From assembly GCA_965219535.1 (NCBI GenBank), contig CBDCNV010000001.1:1050001-1082000 (forward strand): a stretch of 32,000 bases of DNA, in the 5' to 3' direction. Position 1 is the stretch's first letter, and each line of letters opens with the position of its first letter. A model generated the notes under the pieces. It was not told where the DNA came from, ran no database searches, and saw only the letters and a list, made by a program, of their open reading frames with translations. The stretch is from Opitutales bacterium. Lineage in GTDB: Bacteria > Verrucomicrobiota > Verrucomicrobiia > Opitutales > PNEW01. The position numbers and the translations under genes were made by a program. Positions 1-8,487 of the stretch are shown in pieces.

Positions 1-399
1 TTGCGCGCGTCGAAGATCATGGCTGATCGTACATTAGCTCATGAAAAAATATTTCCCATTTGGGATTCACAGGTTGAAGCAGTGCTACCTGACAATGAAG
101 GTACTGTTCGTGGAATAGAATTACTGAATAAAAAAACGATTGAGAAGAGCGAAATTCCATGTAAAGGAGTCTTCATCGCTATTGGCCATATACCCAATAC
201 ACAACCCTTTCGCGATTGCCTTAATCTTGATGATGAGGGCTATATAGTTCCGGAAGCTGGTAGTCAGGTGCAAACGCACATACCTGGAGTTTATGTCGCG
301 GGCGATTGCAGCGATCATGTCTATCGACAGGCCATCACCGCAGCCGGAATGGGTTGCCAGGCTGCCATCGATGCGGAGAGATGGCTCGCTCAACTATAG
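1..399 (+). CDS. trxB: Thioredoxin-disulfide reductase, C-terminal fragment (5' end outside window)
   Basis: The frame is open from the window edge. It carries the motifs [12 protein letters not shown] and [34 protein letters not shown] typical of NADPH thioredoxin reductase, with a TAG stop at 397-399. The TTG at position 1 is an ORF-track artefact, not the real start. Confidence 0.9.
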   Translation: MRASKIMADRTLAHEKIFPIWDSQVEAVLPDNEGTVRGIELLNKKTIEKSEIPCKGVFIAIGHIPNTQPFRDCLNLDDEGYIVPEAGSQVQTHIPGVYVAGDCSDHVYRQAITAAGMGCQAAIDAERWLAQL

Positions 400-508
400 A
401 CCGGCAATAGCAGGGTTAAATTCAGAACAAAGTCACCAGGCATTTCTTTAAACCATGCGCGAGTAATTATAACATCTCTCGTTTATGTTTTATATAACTG
501 CTTAAAAT

Positions 509-543
509 AAAAAGCCCCCGCAGTATCATGGGGGGGCTTTTTA
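509..543. terminator. Bidirectional rho-independent terminator between trxB and the small minus-strand ORF
   Basis: The sequence is AAAAAGCCCCC-(12 nt loop)-GGGGGCTTTTT. A GC-rich 7-bp stem (513-519 / 532-538) is flanked by an A-run on one side and a T-run on the other, so it reads as hairpin plus U-tail on both strands. Confidence 0.7.
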
Positions 544-591
544 GTTGCTATGGCTAGGTATTATTGGGCTAAATTTTTTCGCACCTGTTCA

Positions 592-837
592 TTATTGTAA
601 TGATCCATCAAAAACCAAAAGGAGTGTACCCATATAGGCACGAATTGATAAGGTTCTACCGTCCGTCGTCTCTTTGGTCAGGATTGTCATATTAACCGGA
701 TGATATTTTTGTTTTATCAAGGGTGAATTTTTGGCATGTGAATTAAAAACTTGCCCCATCTTAACGAGGGAGTTGGAGATGCAATCAGTATAGGTGGTGT
801 TATCTAATCCAGCTCTGATCATTGCCTGCCGAGTCAC
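592..837 (-). CDS. Hypothetical small protein (distal half of a split reading frame; GTG 837 or ATG 822 start)
   Basis: An 81-codon ORF in the same frame as ORF 865..1080, separated from it by only one TAG and nine sense codons. I recognise no confident family. LVKMGQVFNSHAKN loosely resembles the GxNxNQxAR motif of MobC-type proteins. Confidence 0.4.
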   Translation of the reverse strand: MTRQAMIRAGLDNTTYTDCISNSLVKMGQVFNSHAKNSPLIKQKYHPVNMTILTKETTDGRTLSIRAYMGTLLLVFDGSLQ

Positions 838-864
838 TACATAATAATATAAGAGTTCGGATAT

Positions 865-1080
865 CTATAAAGAATCAGGGTCGTCTATCACAGCATGATA
901 TAAGAGCTCGTTGTCCAATGCCTTTCTAAGTAAAGTGCAGTCATTAAGTATTGCGGTGAGATCATCTGAGGGGGACAGCGATTTCCCAAATACTTGCCGA
1001 ATAAATGAAGCATCCTGCTCCGTCAGGTTGAGATTTTCAGTTCTCTTATAAGGTGAATTACTGGTTAATCTATTATACAT
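865..1080 (-). CDS. Hypothetical small protein, possible ribbon-helix-helix DNA binder (proximal half of split frame)
   Basis: A 71-codon ORF with an ATG start. KRTENLNLTEQDASFIRQVFGK fits a beta-strand/helix RHH-like pattern. It has its own AT-rich promoter-like spacer containing tandem repeats. Confidence 0.45.
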   Translation of the reverse strand: MYNRLTSNSPYKRTENLNLTEQDASFIRQVFGKSLSPSDDLTAILNDCTLLRKALDNELLYHAVIDDPDSL

Positions 1081-1104
1081 AAGTAAAGTTTATTAAATAT
1101 AAGT

Positions 1105-1142
1105 TATATACCTTATATAAATTAAACTATATACCCTATATA
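1105..1142. promoter_or_regulatory. Tandem 15-bp direct repeat, candidate operator upstream of the small ORF pair
   Basis: TATATACCTTATATA (1105-1119) and TATATACCCTATATA (1128-1142) match at 14/15 positions and start 23 bp apart. They lie in the 81-bp spacer directly upstream of the ATG at 1080 (minus strand). Confidence 0.4.
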
Positions 1143-1161
1143 TCAATAATAAAAGACCTTA

Positions 1162-2214
1162 CTATAAGTTCATACACACATTTTTACCAAAATTTACCAT
1201 TCTCCTTAAATTATCGGCAAGTATACGGGAACAATAGGGAGCGATGAGAGCTCCTTTCGCCCTCAGACCGTTAAATATGACGAGAGCGGGGAGGCGCAAA
1301 TGCTGTTCAATTACCGGGCGGGTATTATCCATTGCGGGTCGAATGCCCGCGACATGATTTAGCACTTTAAATTTCAATTTTGTAAAGGAGCGAAGGCTAT
1401 TCAAAATTTCATTTTTCCCGTGTTCACTCGGTTCATGATCGAGGGGGTCCCAGGAAAAAGTGGCACCAGCCAGACAGCGATACTCGCTTAAGGGCAACAG
1501 CCACTTGCCGCCATTGAGTATAGTACGGGGGAGTAGTTGGGTGTCGGTTTCCAAAGTCAGCACTTCCCCTTTAGCTGGTTTGAAGGGAAGACTTTCAAAC
1601 CACGGATTTTCACGTCCGCGATAACCTTCGCAGAAAATAATGCGCTTCGCTATCCAATCTTTCCAGATTACCTTATCAGATTCGAGTTTCAGATCATCGT
1701 ATTGGAATCGCGTAGTAAGGCGTGATTTTTTCTGGTCGAGGTATTCACCTAGATCTATTACGAGACGGGGTATATTGACGTAGGCGGCAGGTGAGAGTGT
1801 AAAACTGCCCAATGGATCATGAATTATCTCAGGCTTGAGACCCGGTTTATTTACTGTCTTGAGAAACTGCGCAAATTCCGAATGATCTCTACAGCTTTTG
1901 AAGCGTTTTGCTTCAGCACTTGACTGAATCAAATGGATTATACTCATTTCATTGAAGTAGGGAGCACCTAAATCTGATTCAAGCTGGCGGTAGGTGTTGT
2001 AAGCTTCAGGATAGAAGCGATTGAATTCCCAGCTGGGTACCATCCGTTTCCCGCTTATCGGGTTGATGATGCCCGCTGCGACAAAAGAGGCTGCTCCAAC
2101 ATGGTTGTCGTCGATAACAATAACCGATGCTCCCAATCGCAATAATTGCCAGGCGAGAAGACTGCCGGCAATACCTTGTCCAACGATGAGAAAATCTACT
2201 TTATTCCTGGCCAT
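1162..2214 (-). CDS. FAD-dependent oxidoreductase (DAO / glycine-oxidase-like family)
   Basis: The N-terminal Rossmann dinucleotide motif DFLIVGQGIAGSLLAWQL...VIVIDD is present. At 350 aa, the length and layout fit DAO-family flavoproteins. The substrate is not inferable. Confidence 0.8.
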   Translation of the reverse strand: MARNKVDFLIVGQGIAGSLLAWQLLRLGASVIVIDDNHVGAASFVAAGIINPISGKRMVPSWEFNRFYPEAYNTYRQLESDLGAPYFNEMSIIHLIQSSAEAKRFKSCRDHSEFAQFLKTVNKPGLKPEIIHDPLGSFTLSPAAYVNIPRLVIDLGEYLDQKKSRLTTRFQYDDLKLESDKVIWKDWIAKRIIFCEGYRGRENPWFESLPFKPAKGEVLTLETDTQLLPRTILNGGKWLLPLSEYRCLAGATFSWDPLDHEPSEHGKNEILNSLRSFTKLKFKVLNHVAGIRPAMDNTRPVIEQHLRLPALVIFNGLRAKGALIAPYCSRILADNLRRMVNFGKNVCMNL

Positions 2215-2371
2215 CTCTTTACCTGAGAAATGAGTTGCCCGGTCTCGGAAAGGTTCACCCTCAACTAAATATTAAGATAACAAAAAAAAATCGATACCGA
2301 GGTCGGAAAAGCTGGAGCTAACTGTTCAGTTGAGACTTTCCGCCTTTTACTGACAGGGCAATCGCGGGTCA

Positions 2372-2911
2372 CTAAGTGCCAATCGTCTGTCGCTGGCCAG
2401 CTTCTTTATCAAGCATGAATAAAGCGGCTGGCTCATTACCGGCAATTTTTAAGCTATCACACATTTGTCGCACCGTCGTTTCTTCTTCTATCTGTTCATC
2501 AATAAACCACCGGACAAAGCTTTTTGTCTGAAAGTCTCCAGTTTTATCTGCTAATTGATAGATTTCACCGATTTTAACCGAACCCTGGCGTTCTTGCATA
2601 AGGGACGTCTGAAAGACATCGATAATGCTCTTATATTTATTTTTCGGTGAGGGTATCGGTTTTAAATCAACGTTACCGTCTCTATTCAGGAGATAATCAA
2701 AAAATTTCATCGCATGCTGAAATTCCTCTTCAGCTTGCATGCGGAACCATTTAGCAAAACCCCGGAACCCTTGCCCATCCATCCACGCCGACATCGCGAG
2801 GTAATGATACTGAGCAGTTAATTCCATGTTAATCTGTTCGTTGAGAGAGGCCTCAATTTTTTTTGGGAGATTATTAGCCAGCTTATCACTAGTGGTGCTT
2901 TTTGCGCTCAT
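2372..2911 (-). CDS. ftn: Ferritin (non-heme, Ftn-type)
   Basis: The ferroxidase-centre pattern is present: NMELTAQYHYLAMSAW, FAKWFRMQAEEEFQHAMKFFDYLLNRDG and FIDEQIEEE. The protein is 179 aa with a short N-terminal extension. Confidence 0.9.
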   Translation of the reverse strand: MSAKSTTSDKLANNLPKKIEASLNEQINMELTAQYHYLAMSAWMDGQGFRGFAKWFRMQAEEEFQHAMKFFDYLLNRDGNVDLKPIPSPKNKYKSIIDVFQTSLMQERQGSVKIGEIYQLADKTGDFQTKSFVRWFIDEQIEEETTVRQMCDSLKIAGNEPAALFMLDKEAGQRQTIGT

Positions 2912-3042
2912 AGGTTTCTTATTGGATGGTTCTTAGATCACATTACTTTAAAAGATGAAAGGTTAAGATTAATTGTCAAATTGAGCGCGTTTTATTCGCG
3001 ATACTGGTGTCATGTCATAGATCTCATATATGAGTAAGAAAA

Positions 3043-3579
3043 TCAATCTATCCAAACAAGTGTTCCTTCCGAGGCTTCATTGAAGAGGGTGACAACATCC
3101 TGATTTTTCATTTCGATACAGCCGGAAGACTGCGGGGTGCCGATAAGTTTTTCATGATTACTGCCATGAATATAAATAAAACGATTATAGGTGTCGCAAT
3201 TTTGGCCTTGATTTTTTCCCGGTTCGAGCCCGCGCAACCAGAGGATACGCGAAGTAATTAAATTTGATTGTTGATCCTGTTCAGAGTATTCCGAGTATAA
3301 CAACCCCGTGTCTTCGCGACCCTTAAAAACGGACCCCAAGCGGGAATTATCACCAATCTTTTTTTCAACGCAATGGAGCCCAAGCGGTGTACCGAATGAA
3401 TTTTCAATACAGGATGGGGGAGCGATGGAAGTAGAGACGTCGTAATCTGCTTTTATTTGACAATCGCTGTAGTGGTGCAGTTTTTGCTCGCCAATAGATA
3501 TATAAAACACATCCTTTGTTCGTTTGATTTTAAGTGATGTGCAATAATCAATTATAGATTCAATCGGAGAAACATACAT
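3043..3579 (-). CDS. L,D-transpeptidase catalytic-domain (YkuD) protein
   Basis: The active-site motif is IYIHGSNHEKLIGTPQSSGCIEMKNQDV (H...S-x-G-C). The domain starts near residue 20 of the ATG-3579 form. The ORF track extends it to TTG 3615. No signal peptide is visible. Confidence 0.8.
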   Translation of the reverse strand: MYVSPIESIIDYCTSLKIKRTKDVFYISIGEQKLHHYSDCQIKADYDVSTSIAPPSCIENSFGTPLGLHCVEKKIGDNSRLGSVFKGREDTGLLYSEYSEQDQQSNLITSRILWLRGLEPGKNQGQNCDTYNRFIYIHGSNHEKLIGTPQSSGCIEMKNQDVVTLFNEASEGTLVWID

Positions 3580-4616
3580 TGGACAGAAATTACAATTTAG
3601 GAATTGTCGGCGCAACGGGTGCTGTGGGTCAAGAATTGATTCACTTCATTCATGAGCGAAATTTTCCCTGTGCCCAGATTCGTCTTTTCGCCTCAGCGCG
3701 ATCAGCCGGTAAAAAGATAGAGTACAAGGGCAAAAGTTGGACCGTCGAAAAAGCGAGACCGGAAAGCTTTGATGATTTGGATCTGGCGGTATTCAGCGCC
3801 GGAGGGAGCACCTCCAAAAAATTAGCGCCCGAAGCGGTGGAACGGGGGTGCCTTGTCATCGACAACAGTTCTGCTTTTCGTATGGATCCCAAAGTTCCCC
3901 TCGTCGTCCCTGAAATTAATGCACAGGTAGCCACTCAACACGAAGGGATCATAGCCAATCCTAACTGTACAACCGTAGTAGCACTTATGGGGTTATATCC
4001 GCTTCATCGTGCCTTTGGTTTAAAGCGTTTTTTCGCGGCAACTTATCAGGCGGTTTCCGGTACCGGAGCAGCCGCGATCTATGAACTTGAAGAGCAGGTG
4101 AAAGCTTGGGCATCGGGTAATAGCGTCAGCCCGGAAGTATATCCTCACCCCATCGCATTCAATTTATTGCCTCGTGTTGATGCGTTTCTGGAAAATGGTT
4201 ACACAACCGAGGAGATGAAGATGCAGAATGAAAGCCGAAAGATTATGGATTTGGCTGGCATCCAGGCTTCTACCACTTGTGTGCGGGTGCCCGTATTTCG
4301 TGCACATTCCGTAGTCATCAATGCAGAATTTAACGCTCCTGTAGATCTCAATGTAGCGCGTCAGGCGATAATCGATTTTTCCGGGAGCGAGCTTGTTGAT
4401 GAACCGGAGAACGGAAAGTATCCCATGCCTATCGATTTCGCAGAAAAAGAAAAATGTGGGGTCGGTAGAATGCGCCGTGATTTGGTATTTGAAAACGGTA
4501 TTACCTTGTGGGTAGTAGGTGACCAATTATGGAAAGGGGCCGCGCTAAACGCGATTCAGATTGCCGAATGGATGCATGAGAACGGTCACTTGAAGGTGAT
4601 GCAGAAATCGATTTAA
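3579..4616 (+). CDS. asd: Aspartate-semialdehyde dehydrogenase
   Basis: Full-length collinearity with Asd: GIVGATGAVGQE, SAGGSxS, IANPNCTT (active-site Cys), YQAVSGTG and LWKGAALNAIQIAE. The start is TTG with GGAGA 8 nt upstream. The frame opens only at 3558. Confidence 0.95.
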   Translation: MDRNYNLGIVGATGAVGQELIHFIHERNFPCAQIRLFASARSAGKKIEYKGKSWTVEKARPESFDDLDLAVFSAGGSTSKKLAPEAVERGCLVIDNSSAFRMDPKVPLVVPEINAQVATQHEGIIANPNCTTVVALMGLYPLHRAFGLKRFFAATYQAVSGTGAAAIYELEEQVKAWASGNSVSPEVYPHPIAFNLLPRVDAFLENGYTTEEMKMQNESRKIMDLAGIQASTTCVRVPVFRAHSVVINAEFNAPVDLNVARQAIIDFSGSELVDEPENGKYPMPIDFAEKEKCGVGRMRRDLVFENGITLWVVGDQLWKGAALNAIQIAEWMHENGHLKVMQKSI

Positions 4617-4704
4617 TCCCATTGCCGGGTATCGCTCTTGTCTGTATTTATAAATGCCTTGCCAAGATATTTTCGAAACCTATGTCTAATGGTTAGAGTT
4701 TTAT

Positions 4705-4781
4705 GGGCTTGTAGCTCAGTTGGCTAGAGCGCTTGCTTTACACGCAAGATGTCGGCGGTTCGAGTCCGTCCAGGCCCACCA
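4705..4781 (+). tRNA. tRNA-Val (anticodon TAC), CCA encoded
   Basis: Hand-folded cloverleaf. The acceptor is GGGCTTG/CAGGCCC, the D arm is GCTC-AGTTGGCTA-GAGC, and the anticodon arm is CTTGC-TTTACAC-GCAAG with anticodon TAC. The T arm is GGCGG-TTCGAGT-CCGTC, followed by the discriminator A and CCA. Confidence 0.95.
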
Positions 4782-4872
4782 GTTATTTTAATTTTCAGGA
4801 ATCGTGTGAGGTGATCATAGATTCTGAAGCCTCATTGAGGGCGGTATCGTTGTTAATCGTAAAATGCCACGA

Positions 4873-4896
4873 GGGTATGCAGTTATACCCTTTATT
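4873..4896 (+). terminator. Possible terminator downstream of tRNA-Val
   Basis: GGGTAT-GCAGTT-ATACCC forms a 6-bp stem followed by TTTATT. Both the stem and the short U-tract are weak. Confidence 0.35.
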
Positions 4897-5059
4897 ATAA
4901 CGCATTCAAAAATGATCGGGTATTTTGCGGTCCAACTGCCTCGAAATATATTACGATAGGGCTGAGTCTTTCTTTGAGTAATCACTCTCTCCTTTATTCT
5001 CCTTAATATCCTCTATCTCTTCTTTATATTTAATCATATTTTATAAGTTCTCGAATATT

Positions 5060-5082
5060 AAAAAAAAACCGCACCAGGCGGT
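5060..5082 (-). terminator. Rho-independent terminator of the response-regulator gene
   Basis: The minus strand reads ACCGC-CTGGT-GCGGT followed by T9. It begins 6 nt after the TAA stop at 5091-5089. Confidence 0.6.
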
Positions 5083-5088
5083 GTCTGG

Positions 5089-5736
5089 TTAAACGCTTTC
5101 AGGAGTGCTGATTAGTCTATTGTAAATTGCAAATCGCGTTAAGCCGGCGACATCGTGAATATCCAACTTCTTCATAATATTGGCTCGATGTGTATCTGTA
5201 GTTTTAGCGCTGATGTTAAGTTTAGTGGAGATTTCTTTAGTTGAGTGACTTTCAGCCACGAGTTGTATGATCTCTCGTTCCCGCGAGGTTAATGACTCTA
5301 GAGAACCGTCTTCCCTTGGATTAAATATTATTTCCCGCACCGTCTCCATGACTCGCGTTCCAAAATAAGTTTCTCCATTAGCTACTAATCGAATCGCTTT
5401 CTCCAGTTCTTCTAAACTCGTGTCCTTTTCAACATAACCGTTAATGCCGGTTTCCATGATTTGTTTGACTAAATCGGGAGATTGTACTCCGGAAAATACG
5501 AGGATATTGTTTTGTGGCTTTTCAGCCTTTAACCGACGGAGGATTTCTACTCCATTCAAACTTGGCAGCATAATGTCCAGGACAATAAAATCCGGATTGT
5601 GTTGAAGACATAATTTATAACCTTCCGCGCCGTCACCGGTAGTGGCGATGACTTTCAAGAATGGAAAATTTTCTAATACTTTACAGATCAGTTCACGCAA
5701 GATGCGCTGGTCTTCGATAATGATAGCTGTATTCAT
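5089..5736 (-). CDS. NarL/FixJ-family response regulator (REC + LuxR-type HTH)
   Basis: The receiver shows IIIEDQ...FIVLDIMLP...VFSG...K. The C-terminal HTH is LTSREREIIQLVAESHSTKEISTKLNISAKTTDTHRANIMKKLDIHDVAGLTRFAI. Confidence 0.9.
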   Translation of the reverse strand: MNTAIIIEDQRILRELICKVLENFPFLKVIATTGDGAEGYKLCLQHNPDFIVLDIMLPSLNGVEILRRLKAEKPQNNILVFSGVQSPDLVKQIMETGINGYVEKDTSLEELEKAIRLVANGETYFGTRVMETVREIIFNPREDGSLESLTSREREIIQLVAESHSTKEISTKLNISAKTTDTHRANIMKKLDIHDVAGLTRFAIYNRLISTPESV

Positions 5737-5878
5737 AATATTTTGATTATCTGATTAATTGAGTTAGGACATTCATCGCTTTCTCTTAAATATGGTATTT
5801 AGTTAGTGTGATATCCACACTTGCTTTTTAATCGTTAAATGACTGAGTTAGTTTTATACCTGTGATTTACAGGTGAAG

Positions 5879-7840
5879 TTACTGTAGGAATGGGATTTTG
5901 GTATTTATATTTTTTACTTCGTGTAGTGCGCCAATTAAGGTGTCTGTGTTATAAGGTTTTTTTAGAAAAATTTTAACTCCAAGATCCTCAAATTTATGTA
6001 TCGTTGCCTTTTCACCTAATCCGGTGGAAATGATGAATTTCACATCTGAATTCTTCCTTTTTAAAGTTCGCACTAAGGTGGTGCCATCCAGGTGTGGCAT
6101 TGCAATATCCGTAATCATCACCTTGATCTCGTTTCCATGTTTAGCGAATTGCGCCAATGCCTCTGTTCCATCTTCAGCTACCAATACCTTATACCCATGA
6201 TTTTCCAGTGTCTCTTGCGTGACCTTTCGAAATTCAATGTTGTCATCGACAAGAAGAATTAATTCGCCATCACCAATTGGATGGTTGGCTTTTATCTCTG
6301 GCGTTTGTTGAATAATACTCGTTGATGCCTCTGCTGGTATATAAATATTAAAAGTGCTCCCATTATTGATTTCGCTCTCGACCGATATAAAACCACCCAT
6401 GCTTTGCACGATACCGTGAGAAGTTGACAGCCCTAACCCTGTTCCATCACACAATTCTTTTGTTGAAAAAAATGGATCGAAAATCCTATCCTTTGTTTCT
6501 GCCGACATCCCCGTACCGGTATCACTAATTGTAAATTTAACATAAGGTCCGGGTTTTACCTGTGGGTATATGGACGCGAATTGACTGTCCACGTACATAT
6601 TTTCCGCTCCCAAAGTGAGATCACCCCCATCTGGCATGGCGTCTCTGGCATTTACGCAGAGATTGAGAAATACCTGATGTATCTGTGTAGGATCTCCATT
6701 GATCAACCAGAGATCGTTGAGATTCTTTAAGAGGATATTAATGTTTTTTGGAAATGTCTCTCGGGATATAGTGATAACTTCCTTTATCACTGGTTTAGGT
6801 TGTATGGCGATATGCTCGCCGTTTTCCACACCGCGTGCGAAGGTTAAGACTTGTTGAACGACAGAACCTGCGCGCTCAGTACTCGTTTTGATCACAGCGA
6901 TCAATTCCCTGGATTTTTCGTCCAGTTCGTTTCGCAAGAGCAGATCTGATGAGAGGCTGATGGGCGCCAATAGATTATTTAAATCATGCGCAATACCCCC
7001 GGCTAGACTGCCGATGCCTTCCATTCTCTGGGAGCGTAAAAATTGAATCTCGAGTTGTTTCTTTTCCGTTATATCTCTGTTGATAATGAGAATAGATTTA
7101 GGATTTCCTGCTTCATCTCGGATAAGCGTTTGGCGGCTTTCAACAATTAAGGGGTCTCCACCCTTGGTTGTTTGTTTCAATTCTCCCTGCCACTCTCCTT
7201 TACCTAAAACTTCATTTTCTGCTTCAACAGCCCGGACAAAATCATCTTTATAGAAAAGCTCTACCGATTTCCTGCCTACCGCTTCTTCCTTTTTAAATCC
7301 ATAGAGTTGTTCTGCCGCTTTATTCAAAAATAATACTCTATCTTCCATATCGCGCATAACGATAGCGTCATTCGCAATGTCGATCAGTTTCGCTTGTTCG
7401 CGCAGTTTCTCTTCCGCTTCAATAAGTTTGATTTCATTATCTATTTGTTGCTCAACCCTGGTTACCACACGGGGAAGAATGTCGTAAAACTTTTCGTCCA
7501 TTACCAGGTAATCGCAGGCCCCCCGTTTCATCATTTCAATCGCTATCTTCTCGTCCTCGTGGCCCGCCATTATGATGAAAGGCACTTTGTGCATTCCATT
7601 TTTAAAATTACTGATTAATTCCTCACCTGACATATCGGATAATTGGTAATCCAGCAGGATCATTTTATACCGGTTGTCTTTCAATTTGGCGATGGCTTCA
7701 CTGCCGCTTCTCACCCCATCGCAATGAAAACCGCTTTGACTGAGGCGCTTTCTTATGAGTTGAAATACTCCCTCATCATATTCAGCGACGAGAATGTCAC
7801 TATCTGCAGGGGCGGCCTTATTTTTGTAATATTCTATCAC
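5879..7840 (-). CDS. Hybrid sensor histidine kinase (REC-PAS-HisKA-HATPase_c-REC)
   Basis: The N-terminal receiver is ILVAEYDE...ILLDYQLSDMSG. It is followed by a coiled coil and a PAS domain ending NRDITEKKQLE. The H-box is GGIAHDLNNLLAPI and the ATPase boxes are NLCVNARDAM, DTGTGM and GTGLGLS. The C-terminal receiver is ILLVDDN...MITDIAMPHLDG. The start is GTG at 7840. Confidence 0.9.
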   Translation of the reverse strand: MIEYYKNKAAPADSDILVAEYDEGVFQLIRKRLSQSGFHCDGVRSGSEAIAKLKDNRYKMILLDYQLSDMSGEELISNFKNGMHKVPFIIMAGHEDEKIAIEMMKRGACDYLVMDEKFYDILPRVVTRVEQQIDNEIKLIEAEEKLREQAKLIDIANDAIVMRDMEDRVLFLNKAAEQLYGFKKEEAVGRKSVELFYKDDFVRAVEAENEVLGKGEWQGELKQTTKGGDPLIVESRQTLIRDEAGNPKSILIINRDITEKKQLEIQFLRSQRMEGIGSLAGGIAHDLNNLLAPISLSSDLLLRNELDEKSRELIAVIKTSTERAGSVVQQVLTFARGVENGEHIAIQPKPVIKEVITISRETFPKNINILLKNLNDLWLINGDPTQIHQVFLNLCVNARDAMPDGGDLTLGAENMYVDSQFASIYPQVKPGPYVKFTISDTGTGMSAETKDRIFDPFFSTKELCDGTGLGLSTSHGIVQSMGGFISVESEINNGSTFNIYIPAEASTSIIQQTPEIKANHPIGDGELILLVDDNIEFRKVTQETLENHGYKVLVAEDGTEALAQFAKHGNEIKVMITDIAMPHLDGTTLVRTLKRKNSDVKFIISTGLGEKATIHKFEDLGVKIFLKKPYNTDTLIGALHEVKNINTKIPFLQ

Positions 7841-7969
7841 TTCATTAACCCTCCATTAGTTGTCGGTACCTTGATATGGGTAGGGGAACCACCGTTTTTC
7901 TCATCGCTCAATAACTTTTTCATAGTCAACAGGTGTTGTTTAATAATTGCCTCAGGGGGGTTGTTTTTT

Positions 7970-8161
7970 TCAGCGTAAATGAATTGTGGCTATCATTTTC
8001 CCAAAAAATTCGGGAAAGGTGGCGATCACCCCCATCATCGCGTGCAGTTCAATGCCACCCTGACATGAAGCGCGCCGTAAATTTGTACCGGTTTTGCTTA
8101 ATATAGCCCTGAGCCCAATGTAATCCTGAACTCGTGGTTGGCTTAAAGCGTGTGCTTCCAT
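7970..8161 (-). CDS. Hypothetical 63-aa ORF, possibly a gene fragment
   Basis: This is the only ORF of 60 aa or more in the 647-bp spacer, and it is locally more GC-rich than its surroundings. GGIELHAMMGVIATF only vaguely recalls the C-terminal strand of HATPase_c. No family is recognised. Confidence 0.25.
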   Translation of the reverse strand: MEAHALSQPRVQDYIGLRAILSKTGTNLRRASCQGGIELHAMMGVIATFPEFFGKMIATIHLR

Positions 8162-8487
8162 GTAGCTTTTTTTAGTGATGAGTAAAATTCCAGTTGTCAG
8201 CTAAAGAGCTATAACGCTTCTCGATGTATAATTTCCAGAGATGTAATCGGTAAATTTAATATTCTTAGATACAGGTCATTATTCATTTTAATAGCTTTAA
8301 TAAAATTCTGTTATCAATAATTAACAGACCTAAGCGAAGATCAAGATGAGATAATACCCAGTCCCATTGTCGGTCCAATTGCAGACATGAGGATCAAGCC
8401 GAATAATTATGTTCTGTTAAAAACATGTAAAACCATCAATTGACTTAAATTGATAGTAATACTTGATGACCGGTGGAGAAGCTTTCG

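Noticed and set aside
2912-3042. A Fur box upstream of the ferritin gene.
   Set aside because: The best candidate, GATTAATTGTCAAATTGAG, matches the 19-bp Fur consensus at only about 7 positions, which is not convincing.
4782-5059. Possible integrative element or attachment site next to tRNA-Val, including a pyrimidine-rich tract at about 4965-5035.
   Set aside because: I could find no integrase or recombinase ORF and no repeat of the tRNA 3' end in the window. Only the weaker island interpretation is kept as a finding.
7837-7923. A 28-codon minus-strand ORF (MKKLLSDEKNGGSPTHIKVPTTNGGLMK) whose TGA overlaps the GTG start of the hybrid kinase in a GTGA junction, suggesting a coupled upstream peptide.
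   Set aside because: An ORF this short is expected by chance in this spacer, it has no recognisable features, and I cannot test conservation. I do not report it as a gene.
7841-8161. ORF 7970..8161 is in the same frame as the hybrid kinase (8161-7840 = 321 nt), so it might be an N-terminal extension or a former exon-like part of that gene.
   Set aside because: Hand translation shows four further in-frame stops between 7969 and 7841, so it cannot be a simple extension. At best it is an unrelated fragment.
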